From the NCBI RefSeq assembly GCF_039654945.1, contig NW_027361802.1, positions 5,270,001 to 5,334,000 of the forward strand: 64,000 nt of DNA, read 5' to 3'. Below the pieces are notes generated by a model. The model was not told the DNA's origin. It searched no databases and saw only the letters and a program-made list of their open reading frames with translations. This document shows positions 12,664-24,484 of this stretch, piece by piece. A program made the position numbers and the translations under genes. Source of the stretch: Dendrobates tinctorius (Eukaryota). The stretch's first letter is position 1, and each line of letters starts with the position of its first letter.

Positions 12664-12914
12664 TTTTTTTATTTATTTTACTCACTTTTATAGCGCCATT
12701 AATTCCGCAACACTTTACATTATCGGTACATTCCTCATTAGGTCTTCCCCAACAGTGTGTCTTTGGAGAGTGGGAAACCGGAAAACTCAGATGAAGCCCA
12801 TGCAAACATGGGGAGAACATAAAAATTCCTTGCAAATGTTGTTCTTGGTGCGATTTAAACCCAGGACCCCAGTGCTACAAGGCTGCTGTGCTAACCACTG
12901 AGCCACCATGCTGC
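12664..12914 (-). mobile_element. tRNA-derived SINE (V-SINE-like) with L2-type tail
   Basis: Minus strand shows A box TGGCTCAGTGG, B box GGTTTAAATC, core TGTTCTCCCCATGTTTGCATGGG and tail AATTAATGGCGCTATA followed by an A-rich end. Confidence 0.85.
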
Positions 12915-13211
12915 TTAACTAACAAGCAAAATAAAAACCGTAGTAAATGATCCTGCATTAATCAGTGAATAACGGCGATCACAACACTGGGGACAGTAAA
13001 AACCGACCAGAATAATTTTCTCCGGAGTCTCAGCTACCCCTGGTAGCCGAGACCCCGGAGATATTTGACGCTGAAGGCGCTATAACCTTATTTCTCAGCG
13101 CCGTTAATAAGCAGCACTGAGGAATAAATAACCTCAACTAAAAGGTGTATCAGTGGTCATTACGGGGTTAAAATAAATCCAGTATGTGGGGTGATATTCA
13201 GATCTTCAATG

Positions 13212-13565
13212 TAGTCTTGGGCAAACATGTGGATATTTGGGTTTGGCCAAACATCTAAAAAAAGTTTTGTTTCGGTACCAGAAATTGGTAACCAAACCTG
13301 TAACCCAAACCCTATTCAGATGAATGGGGAGCCCGAACATTCATTGTTCATCACTCTGTCAAGCTCTGACAACGCTGCAAACACAGGCTCTGATTGGAGG
13401 TAAGATTATTAATGGTCAGAGAGCTGTGGTTTCTACACTGTCAGATGACATCATGAGCCAGCAGCTGTGACCAGCGTTAAAAAGATCACGTGTTCGGGGT
13501 CTGTGCTTGAACACTAGGTGTTTGGTACGAACCCCGAACTTTACTGTTTGGGTTCACCCATCTCT
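13212..13565. mobile_element. Degenerate hAT-like MITE
   Basis: Right end GTTTGGGTTCACCCATCTCT with repeated CCGAAC/GTTCGG-like subterminal motifs. Left end is degenerate. Confidence 0.45.
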
Positions 13566-14619
13566 TCTTATATGTAATCAGTAAATCCTTCACGTTGGTT
13601 GAAAAACTAGTATAAGAAACTAGTATTGTTGGGAGCATTCTGGCTGGCATAATCTCTCTGAAGTCCATGTTGAAGAGGACAATGTTGTTTGGTGATGTCA
13701 CCTGAAGCTACGGAAGTCAGAATGGTTCAAAGCTCAACTGAGCAAATTTGAAGTTTGCTCTCAACAATACTAGCTTCTTATACTAGTTTTCCACCCAGCC
13801 TGGAGGATGTATCAGTGGAATCATCTATTATTTTTACAGCCAGGGCTGGGAGGAGTGGGAAACAACCAGCTAGGACCCTACCTTTTGACTTACTGACGGG
13901 GCGTACTTTGAAAGCAATTGCTGAATGCCTGCGGCCGCCCGACACCTTTCTCCGCCCGCAGGCGTTGAATACACTGACAGCTAAGGTGCAGACTCACTCA
14001 CTGCACCCTGGCTGGCAATAACTTCCCGCAATCAATTGTATTAACATCTGTTTATGGCCCCGTGGGGGACACTATACTGTGGTGACCATATTTAATAGGG
14101 GGCTGTGGTTGATGTCTTACTGTTTGTGGTGCTCGTGGACATTATACTGTATATAGAGTTGTTCAGGCCATTATAATGTATTGGGAACTGGCAGGCCATT
14201 ATTGTGTATAAAGGCCATCATACTAAACGTGGGGGGGTTGTGGTGGACATCATACTATATATGGAGGTCTGTGGTGCTGACAACACTGTTACCAAGGTTT
14301 TGTCCCTCGGACAATTTTGAGTGCTCCTGAAATATTTTTTCACGCTGATTTCAGAAATGACTTCAGATTTTTTCCTATCACGATAGGTTTTTGAGAAATG
14401 ATACGAAACATTATAATATTCTGTTATAATTCTAAAAACTCATATGAACTTTTTCTGAAACAGTACATTCTGAATTTTCCACTGAAATAGCATAAAATCG
14501 CTGATCTACACATTTGCAAGCACTTATTATGTGAATTCTGTGCAGTGATTCATTCGGCTGACCGTGTACGGAGCATACCACATCTCCTGGGCAGGGGAGG
14601 AATCAAAAGACAATACTGA

Positions 14620-16060
14620 CATACTTAGAGCATGGCTGAATGGATCACAGCCTTCAATGCCGTTCGCTGTCGCAATGATATGGAGAGAGCAGAGAAATCA
14701 TGTAACAGATTGCTACTTCTGTAACAGGACATTCAGCAAAGAACAAGAAATCAATAGAATATCCTAATCTTCCTTCAGCCATAACACCAGTGCCACTTGA
14801 TGAAAGTCTTCATGTTCCAAAGCCGCCCAAAGTATGGACAATGGAGGACGACAAAGATGAACTAACAATGTCAGTGGAAAATGGAACTGCTGCAGACCCA
14901 GACTTTGAGCCTTCTACATCTAATCCACATGTGTTCAGTCAAACAGATCTGAGTGACTTGGTCAGAGATTTGAAATTGTCAAAGAGGCAGGCAGAATTAT
15001 TGGGATCAAGGCTACAAGAACGGAATCACTTGTTACAAGGAACAAGAGTTTCTGTTTTTCGCAGTCGTCAAGAAGACCTTAATCAATTTTTCAACCATGT
15101 CGACAGTTTAACCTTTTGCAATGACGTCTTGGGGTTGTTTGGTGCTCTTGGATGCGAACATGACCTGACTCGTCAGCTTTAAGTCTGAAGGCTGTTTTAC
15201 TACACAACGGAAATATTTATCCTTCTATACCTATTGGACATGCTATACACATGAAAAAAAGTATGAGAATATGGAGTTACTGTTTACCCACATTAATAGA
15301 AACTATAACTGGAACATATGAGGTGATCTAAAAGTTGCACTTCTTCTTGGACTGCAGCTTGGATACATCAAATATTGTTGCTTTATTTGTGAGTGGGACA
15401 GTCATGCACCAGAAATGCACAATTTCAGAAAGGACTGGCCACTCCGCGAAAACCTGGTTGCTGGACAGAAGAATGTTAAACATTCCTCTTGTTGATCCAG
15501 CAAAGATATTTCTCCCTGATTTGCATTTTAAACTTGGGCTTATGAAGAATTTTGTCAAAGCAATGAAAAAAGAATCGGAAGCTTTTTCTTACTTGGGACA
15601 GAAATTTCCAAGAATAAGTGATGCAAAGATTAAAGGCGGCATTTTTATTGGCCCACAGATCAGAGATATAATGAATGACAGTAGCTTTGATGGTCTTTTG
15701 CAAGGTGCTGAACAAGTGGCATGGAGAGCCTTTAAAGATGTGCCATTCAACTTCCTTGGCTACAGCAGGGCACCGAACTTTGAACAAGTCATGGACAACA
15801 TGCTCACAGCATATCATTTGATGAAATCAAATATGTCACTAAAAATGCATTTTCTACATTCTCACATGGACTTTTTTCCAGTCATTCTTGGTGCTGTTAG
15901 TGATGAACACGGTGAAAGATTTCCCCAAGACATTGCTCTGATGGAGAAAAGGTACCATGGAAAGTGGAGTACGTCAATGCTAGCCGACTATTGCTGGAAT
16001 CTTATTTGAGAAGCATCTGACACGGATTATAAACGAAAGTCATCTGCAAAACACTTTTGA
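14620..16060 (+). pseudogene. Chapaev3-type transposase pseudogene
   Basis: Fragments MIWREQRNHVTDCYFC, DLVRDLKLSKRQAELLGSRL, LHFKLGLMKNFVKAM, MSLKMHFLHSHMDFF and GAVSDEHGERF...MLADYCW in three broken ORFs. Confidence 0.85.
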
Positions 16061-16163
16061 ACAATTGCTTTTGCTACTGACATGTATGTAGCGTCTCGGG
16101 TGTCATAATGTAGACTATAAACTGTTCTTTCGTAAAAACCTTATGTGATACAGACTTTTGGTA

Positions 16164-16380
16164 AGTATGCAAATTGTCTCTTTAGAGAGGAAGAGGACTA
16201 GAACTCTAGAGCCACCTATTGGAAGTAGCAATCCTAGAAGTCAATGTTGACTCTTTAACGAGCCTTGTTACATGACTTAGGATAAAAGCTAAGCCAGAAT
16301 TTCAATTCGCAGACACTGTGTTTCGGGGTACTGCCCCTCGTCAGTGCAAAGTGTGAGATCTGGTTGGCTGTGTGAGAGGC
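16164..16380 (-). mobile_element. Satellite-2/retrozyme-like short unit carrying a hammerhead ribozyme
   Basis: ~220-bp non-coding segment interrupting the Chapaev3 right end. Contains the hammerhead (16306-16350), octamer ATGCAAAT (16167-16174) and a CTCF-like motif (16206-16222). Confidence 0.75.
16294..16363 (-). ncRNA. Type I hammerhead ribozyme
   Basis: Minus strand TTTGCA-CTGACGA-GGGG-cagta-CCCC-GAAA-CAC-a-GTG-TC-TGCGAA: intact core, 4-bp stem II, palindromic stem III, GUC cleavage triplet and 6-bp stem I extendable by CCAGATCTCA/TGAAATTCTGG. Confidence 0.9.
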
Positions 16381-17129
16381 ATATCAAAATCTATAAGATA
16401 CAATAAAATTTTCTCAGGGGACAAGAACTTTCCTGAAATATGCTGCACAATGTAATACTGTATATTAGGATGTTGTGGATATCATACTGTATGGATGGCT
16501 GTGGTGAGGAGGGTGTACATTTTGGAGAGGGCAGTGTGGTGGGCAGTATGAGGGAATAGTGTAAAGAGGGTACACAATGAATATGGAGAGTAGGTATCAT
16601 GAAATGGGGGCACCCTATGGAGTGGAGATGTTGAGAATGTAAGGGAAAACTAGGGAGGGAACAGCCATTGTTTAGGCCATAGTTCATAAGGGCAGACACT
16701 GTGGTGGTTATAGCACATTAAGGCGGACAGTGAGGAGGCCGTATACCATAGGTGCATTGATAGATATCTTTAAGCAGATAGCATTTTAATGACATTTTTA
16801 TTTTTAAGGGCATTATGCTGTAATGGGTTGTAGATATGAAAGTCATCTGGCATCTAGACAAGAGACAAGATGGAGACCAAAACAGAGACGAATCCTATCA
16901 AAGATCTCATCACCTATAAGGTACCTGGATGTAATGTTTATTTGTGATACTGACCATGTCTCATCACTATCGTGGTTCCTGTATGGTCTGCAATCTGATG
17001 ATGGCTGGTAACAACAGCTCTCAGCATCTCCTTACCATCCCAAGGACATACTGAGAGTTATAGGTAGTGCGATCCAATTGTATATGGGGCTGACTTGACA
17101 TTAGAATTGATCACTGTACTAAGCTTGGG

Positions 17130-17500
17130 TTTTGTATTGAAGTACTTATGGTGGTTCTGGTGAAGTATTCATGTGTTTATGGTGGTTCTGGTGATGCATT
17201 CATGTACTGATCGTGGTTCTGGTGATGCATTCATGTAATGATTTTTTTTAATGTATTCATGTAATGATGATGCTTCTGGTGATACATTCATGTAACTAAT
17301 GTTGGTTCTTGTGATGTATTCAAGTATTATTGATGTTCTATTTATTTACTGACAATAATTTTGGTTTCGTATTCACGTACTGATAATGGTTCCAGTGATA
17401 AATGTATCACCAGAATATATAGCCAAAACCATCAGAAGTTCATGAATACAGCACCAGAACCACCATCAGTACATGAATACGGCACCAGAACCACCATCGT
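17130..17500. repeat. Degenerate ~30-bp minisatellite with terminal inverted copies
   Basis: Unit GGTTCTGGTGATGCATTCATGTACTGAT repeated; reverse-complement units at about 17430-17497. Confidence 0.75.
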
Positions 17501-18068
17501 TTTTGTGTAAGCTTTATTTTTTGCATGACAGACTCGAAAACCATCAAACATATCTCTTTTTCTATAGTGGGGTCTATTTAGTTTAAATTAGGGTATCTGC
17601 CAAATGGTGGACATCTTAATTAAAACCAAATGACTCCCATTATAGTTAAACAGTATTAGGTTCAATAACTATCCTTGGGTGTGACATTTAAAACATAGGA
17701 CTATAGAAATGTATATTGCTATTTGTCCCTCATATTGTGTAATTGGTCCACAAACAATGAATGGTTCTATATCTAACTTTGAAATTGTACTCTCTATTAA
17801 GCCACACCCCAAAAATGCACCACTTTATTACTTTTGCTGATATTTTTTGGTGAAAAGGGTAACAATTTTAGTGGAAGTGGTCATTTTATCTTGTGACCAG
17901 ACCCATCAGAGGGTGTGTGTGTTAGGGTACCTGTTACCTTAGTCTCTGACCCATTCTTTGCTTTGAGGAGGGGGTGCCATTGGCTTCATCTGTCTATAGT
18001 GCCAAAATACCTTTCCTGGCCCTGTTTACAACTAATACCCAGGTCAGTGTTTGTAGTTATTCTTTGTA

Positions 18069-18301
18069 CAGTGGGGAAAAAACGTATATATTCAGCCACA
18101 AATTATGCAAGTTCTCCCACTAAAAAAGATGAGAGAGGCCTGCAACTGACATCATAGGTAGACCACAACTATGAGTCAAAATTAGAAAACAAATCCACAA
18201 AATCACCTTGTCTGATTTGGCAAGATTTATTTTTCTCTCACCTTTTTAATTGGAAGAACTTGCACAATTATTGGCTGACTACATACTTTTTTCCCCCACT
18301 T
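18069..18301. mobile_element. Short Tc1-derived MITE/deletion derivative
   Basis: TA|CAGTGGGGAAAAAA ... TTTTTTCCCCCACT, ~55-bp TIRs. Confidence 0.8.
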
Positions 18302-18729
18302 TACATTGCAGTCAGCAACGTATCTAATTATATTCCACATACAGTATGTTATGTGCTGTTGTGGATTAATATACAATTGCACAGGAGTATTTACTGGTGT
18401 TTTTACTGTGTTTGCTTTTAATTAGGGTGTATGCAAACACAGGGATGCCATGATTAAGGATGCTTGCTTGCATCTGAAACAAGTTGCATTTTTTTACTTT
18501 TTTTCACTTGGATTATAAAGTTTCAATTCTATCAATACTAGGTATTTATTTTAACCCTTTGGAGCTGGAACAATCTTTACAGATTAACATTACTAGTTGG
18601 ATGTCTTAATGAGGAGCAGTCTGTGCACCAATGTTTAGTGCTACTATATGGAGGAGGTGAGCTGATTGCCTTATTTCTTTTTGCTGTATGTAAACAGCCT
18701 TTCTCCTCATTCAGTATCGGTATTGCATG

Positions 18730-19891
18730 TGGAGCGCCCCAAGGCGTGCGCTAGAGCGTGGCGCGGGCAGGGCCGTGGGGTTCTCGATACCAGGCCCATC
18801 GACTCCAATGGGGGACAGTGTCACGGCGGCGACCCGGTCCGTGGCCCTGGGGCGTCCATTGAATAAAATAGGGGAAGGGAAAAAAGTTGTTTGATATTGA
18901 AGTGTGGTAAAAGTGAAGATAAAGTTTATAGGTGATTAAATACGTGACGCCACCTGTGGTATTCTGGTCAGAGGTGACCAGTGCTGCGGTGCTGTTCCCC
19001 TGAGACTGTTGGTGTGTCGCAGCTGAGGTGAAAATGGCTCTCCACAGGTAGAGCAATAGTCCCAGGGCAAAGATGTTTGATTAATAATTAAGATGGATTT
19101 GAACGTTGGGGTGCAGAGAAATGAGAGGAGGACACAGAGAGGTGCAGTTTCTTTACCTTTTACTGGCAATTGGTTGCAATCCGGAGTACCACATACAGGT
19201 GATGAATGAGTCCGGCTCGCCTGGAGTCATTCAGGGGATCCACCTTGCCAGGTGGGGGCTTAGGACCTTCCTTCTGCACTTTGTGCGTGGGTCTCTGCTG
19301 TTTATAACTATGCTGCGACCCTCAATTGCGTGATGATTTCACTAACCTGTACGGCTGTCAGCATGAGCCTATTCCACGGGTACCGTCCTTTTCACCGTCA
19401 GCCCCGGGCTCCTTATCTGCTGTCGTGCCCTCAGGTGCTCAATGTTGCACAGGAATTTACAATCCCCTATACTTTCAGATTGGGCGATCAGGACATACAA
19501 CTCCTGACCACCAAGGACTCTGGCATCCTCTTTCTCTCCCTCTTCACAGATCAGCTCCCTGTCTTCAACTCTTCACAGATCAGCTCCCTCTCTTGAACTG
19601 ACTGGACCTTCCAGAAAGATCTTTTTACCTCACGTTTCACTGTCTTGTCATTTTCTCTCAGCTCAAAGCTGCTCTCATTTCCATGACAACTCCTCAGCTC
19701 ACTTCTAGCTGACTCACCAACCCCCTCTGCTGGCCAGAATTTATAAGGCAACTCCCTTTTCTGACCTGCAGCAGGAATTGTGATTTAATCTATGTTACCT
19801 GGCATGGGGGTCCGCTTTCTGCCTCCAAGCATGACTTCACCTCTTAGAGGGAGGCAATGTCACTGTGACAACCGGACTCTGGGGTGTCACA
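18730..19891 (-). repeat. 3' LTR of Gypsy element
   Basis: TG...CA ends; direct repeat of 25696-26935 lacking a ~70-bp block. Confidence 0.93.
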
Positions 19892-20361
19892 TCCCCCCCA
19901 GTTAAGTTCAGTACTCCCGGACTGAGGAAACATAACAAGAATTGTTAATAACAACAGTTAATGATAATCTACAAAGTCGTAAAAATGATCAAAAACCAGA
20001 CAATAAAAAGTAACAATAGCACAGTTACTGCAGCGACCAGTCCTTACGCTGCTATCCAGGAATTGTCTTTGTCCTTGTACCTGGAGTTTGGTTGGTGGGA
20101 ACCGCCTTAGCCCACTTTGTGTGTCATCCTTGGGCGTGGCTACAGGGCACTCTGTAGATGGGCCTGTTTTTCGGCCACGCCAGCGGCTTATTTTCAAGGC
20201 CAAGTTGGAGTAACTATTTACAAATAAAAGTTCTGACCACACAGTCCTGTGGCCCAATTGTCCTTTAACTGGTTATTACGAATACTTAAAAAGGTTCATA
20301 CAGTAAGTCTCTGTAGGCTCTCATGCTTAACGGTTACAACTATACATTCTTATTACTTTAT

Positions 20362-23300
20362 TTACATTATGTAATCTCTGTAACAGGCAGGGATCTCATC
20401 TCTAGTACTACGAGTGGATCTACGCAGTATAGGTATTTCTGATGACCTGACCTGTTCTCTGATGTCTACCGTTGGTGCACTAGTCACTATGTTATAAGTA
20501 GACTTGTGTAAGATTGGTATTCTAGACTGCCTTCTCGCTGCTCCTAGACTCACCATGAGATTGTCAGATTCGCTGTTAGCAAGGGACAGATTTCCGCATT
20601 CCTCTGCAGATGTGGTATCTGTTACTGGTACCATTTCATTATGAGTCTCTACTTCATCTGGTGCAGTAGGCTGATGAAAGGTTAGAACTGGTACTACTAT
20701 TGCTTGATTTCCTTGTGTCCACGTCAGAGGAAATTCTCCAAGTATAGTTTGAATCATTTCTTCCACCTCTACTATGGGCTGTGGAGTGTCTAAGACTTCT
20801 TTCTTGTCCTTCAATTGATCAGGGCACACCTTTAGATGATCTCTTGAGACTGCTTCTAAGGTTTCTCCTCCATCTCTACTGATGATACATACTTTGGTGT
20901 TATTAAAGTCTGAAGGTATTACGGTGTATGGCTCTGCCTCCCACTGATCATCTAGTTTGTGAACACATCTCTTCCTTTTGAGGACTTGTTCTCCTGGTGT
21001 CAAGGGAACTGCAGGGGCATGTTGGTTGTAATTCCTTTCCTGCCTCTGTCTTGCTTGGGACAAACTTTTCTCCACACATTCTTGCACTTTGTGGCATTGT
21101 TGCTGCCGCTCTGTATCCCAGTCTGCATCTGGTGATGTTGTCTCAGGTGTTAAGACTCCCATGTCTAAATCAATGGGTAACTTGCCTGGTCTTGCTCTCA
21201 TCAAGTAGGCCGGAGTGCAATTTGTAGAGTTTACCGGTATATGATTATATAGATCTACCAGATCTGGCAACTTCTCTGGCCACTGGTTTCGTTCTTCCAG
21301 AGGTAAGGTCTTCAATAAGTCAACGACCACCTGGTTCATCTTCTCACACATGCCATTTGTCTATGGATGGTATGGTGTCATCCTGATTTTCTTGCAACCG
21401 TACATGTTACAGAACTCCTGGAACACTTCTGCCTCAAAGGCTGGACCTTGATCGGTGAGCATTTGTTCAGGGTATCCGTGCGGTCGACAAAAGTGCTGCT
21501 GAAATGCCTTGGCTGCTGTCTTTGCTGTTTGGTCTTTAACAGGCACAACTACCAAGAACCTTGAGTAATGGTCCACGATGGTCAATGCATAAGTGTAGCC
21601 ATTCCTACTCGGAGTTAACTTCACATAATCCAATGCTACCAGTTCAAGCGGCTGTTTTGTAATGATCGGCTGTAATGGGGCTCGCTGGCTGTTTTGGTCT
21701 TTTCTGCGCAGGTTGCATGGGCCACATTCTCGCCACCACTTCTCAATAGAACTCCTCATGCCAACCCAGTAGAACCTTTCACGAAGTAGGACCTCCAACT
21801 TCTTCCAACCGAAGTGTCCTGCTCCATTGTGGTACGCCTCTAAGACCATTGGCGCATCCCTCTTTGGGACTACCACCTGCCAGACCAATTCGTGTGCGCG
21901 CGAGTTGATGTTCTTCTGACACAGTTTACCCTCGTAGATGAACAGCTTGCTTCTCTCCTTCCATAACTGCTGTGCTTCCTGTGGGTCATCTGGACCAGGG
22001 TGTGCATCAGCTTGTGCCAGCCACTCCTTTACTAAGCGAACAGCTGGGTCACTATCTTGTGTCTCTGCCCACTCATGATGGGGTAATGGGTTCAACGTTA
22101 CCTCTCGTACGATAAAGAGCTTATTCCTCACTCCTTGGGAGCACTGGGCTGCAATTGGACGGTGGAAGGCTGGTAACTCGATTTCTTCGAGTTCTTTTGG
22201 ATCTTCTCCCCTGTCTGGTGAATCAGGCATCCTAGACAATGCATCCGCATTAGCGTTCTTATGTCCTGCTCTGTACTTGATGGTGAACTCGTAGTTGGAC
22301 AGCCGGGCCATCCATCGCTGCTCAAGGGCCCAGAGCTTTGCCGTTTCAAGGTGGGTTAGCAGATTATTGTCCGTGTAGATGGTGAACTTTGCTGAAGCCA
22401 AGTAGTGTTTAAAGCGCTCTGTTACCGCCCAGACTATGGCGAGGAACTCCAGCTTAAAGGAACTGTAGTTGTCGGGGTTCCTCTCAGTGGGCCGAAGCTT
22501 CCTGCTGGCGTATGCAATCACTCTCTCTCTGCCTTTCTACACTTGTGACAGCACTGCTCCCAATCCCACTTTGCTGGCATCAGTGTAAAGTACAAATGGT
22601 TGGTCATAGTCAGGGTAGGCCAGGACCTCATCTCCCGTGAGGGCCAGTTTCAACTTGGTGAAGGACTCTTCTATCCTTTTGTTCCACTCGAACGGAAGAC
22701 TCTTGTTCTTGGCCTTCTTGGATTGGCCCACTAGAAGATCTTGCAGCGGTGCTGCTATCTTGGTGAAGTCCTTGATAAATCTTCGGTAGTAGCCTACTAA
22801 CCCAAGAAGTTGCCTCACTTCATGAATAGTGCTGGGTCTTTGCCAGTCCCGGATAACGGTGACTTTGTCAGGATCGGGTGCCACACCTTCCGCACTCACC
22901 ATATGGCCGAGGTATTGCACCTTGGGTTTCAAAAGGTGACATTTGGACGGCTTTACTTTCAAGCCAAAGTTTGACAGGGCTTCAAATGGTCTTCGTAGGT
23001 TTTGGAGAAGACTATGATGTCATCCAAGTACAGGAGAATGATTTCAAAGTTTTTATGTCCAAGGCAGTATTCCATTAACCGCTGAAATGTTCCTGGCACA
23101 TTGCTGAGCCCGAATGGCATGTAGTTAAATTCGCAGAGGCCCATTGGTGTTGTAAACGCTGTCTTCTCTTTGTCTGCCTCTGCCACAGGAACCTGCCAAT
23201 ACCCACTAAAGAGATCTAAGGTAGAGAAATAGTTAGCAGTTCTCAGTGCAGCTAGTGATTCCTCAATTCTAGGCAATGGGTAAGCGTCTTTATGTGTAAT

Positions 23301-24431
23301 ACTGTTAATCCGCCTGTAATCTACACACATTCTCATAGTACCATCTTTCTTCTTAACGAACACTAATGGAGCTGCCCAGGGGCTACAAATATCTCTGATC
23401 ACCCCAGCCTCCTTCATCTCCCGTAACATACTCTTGGCACATTGATAGTGTGCTGGGGGTACAGGACGGTGCCTCTCTTTAATGGGTGGATGATCTCTGG
23501 TGGGGATATGATGTTGGACCCCTTTTACCTGCCCAAAGTCTAGAGGATGCTTGCTGAACACCCCTTCAAATTCTCAAGCCACCCGATAAGCCCCATGCTT
23601 TTGGTGCGAAGGGGTGGAGTCAGTGCCTACATGTAGCTGCTGACACCAATCCTCCTGTTGCCCTTCAAAGCCATTCTCTTCCACCTTGTCAGACGGAAGC
23701 AAGGGTTCTAGTGTCTCTATTGCATTGTTACTGACAGAGAACAATTTAGCAAGGGTGACATACCGGGGTAACTGGACCTCTCTCTCCCCACAATTTAAGA
23801 TGCGTATTGGTACTCTCCCCTTGCGGACATCAACTACCCCTCTGGCTGTCAGGATAGTGGTCCTACTATCAGAGTACATGGGTTCTACCAGGGCTTGGTA
23901 ACCTTGACCCCTGAGGCCTATTGCTGCCTGACACCAAATTAACATTTCACTTCTGGGGGGTACTGCAATGGGGAAAGGATCACTTACTTTGACACTGCCG
24001 ACTTCTCCACCAGACAGCTCTACCTGTTGTCTCTGCATCAGGGCTCTGATCTCCTTTTGCAGAACCCATTGCTGACTGGAGCTATCGGTCTCGGCTACCT
24101 GTTGTAACAAAACAATAATTTCTCCAAGACAATTTTCAATTACATTAGTGCCTAAAGTGATCATAGGATGGCATACTCGTTTGTCAATATCAACTATTAT
24201 CAAACCTTGCGATTGCAATTCTACTCGACCAATCTTGATGGTCACCTCTTTATATCCCATCTGAGGCAAGGGCTGACCATTACTGGCAAGAATGGCAAGG
24301 TCTTTATCTGGGCTATGAGTAATGTCTGAATCAGCCCAGCACAGCTTAAAAAGAACATATGGTATCGTTGTCACCTGGGAGCCGGTGTCTAGTAAAGCGT
24401 TCATCGGAAAACCGTCAATCACGACAGGCAA
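20362..24431 (-). pseudogene. pol: Gypsy pol (protease, RT, RNase H, integrase), disrupted
   Basis: LLDTGSQVT (protease); MCVDYRRIN, YLDD (RT); YTDAS, IAYASR (RNase H); H-GHFG...CGPC and DHYSRF/TDQGPAFE (integrase). Three in-frame stops and one frameshift near 22960-22980. Confidence 0.95.
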
Positions 24432-24484
24432 GACTGGTCGTCCTCCTATGTACTTGTCTCGCCAATTTGGTGAGCCTGGTCATC

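Larger units (their letters stand above)
14284..16452 (+). mobile_element. Chapaev3-like (CMC) DNA transposon, defective
   Basis: Left end CACTGTTACC...TTGTCCCT; imperfect inverted right end GGGACAAG...ACAATG; subterminal inverted motif TATCACGATAGGTTTTT / AAAAACCTTATGTGATA; internal transposase remnants. Confidence 0.8.

Noticed and set aside
12395-12794. 73-aa and 121-aa ORFs as host exons
   Set aside because: No recognisable domain, the longer one runs into a SINE, and splice signals are unconvincing.
12840-12914. tRNA gene
   Set aside because: The A/B boxes belong to a SINE head; no proper cloverleaf.
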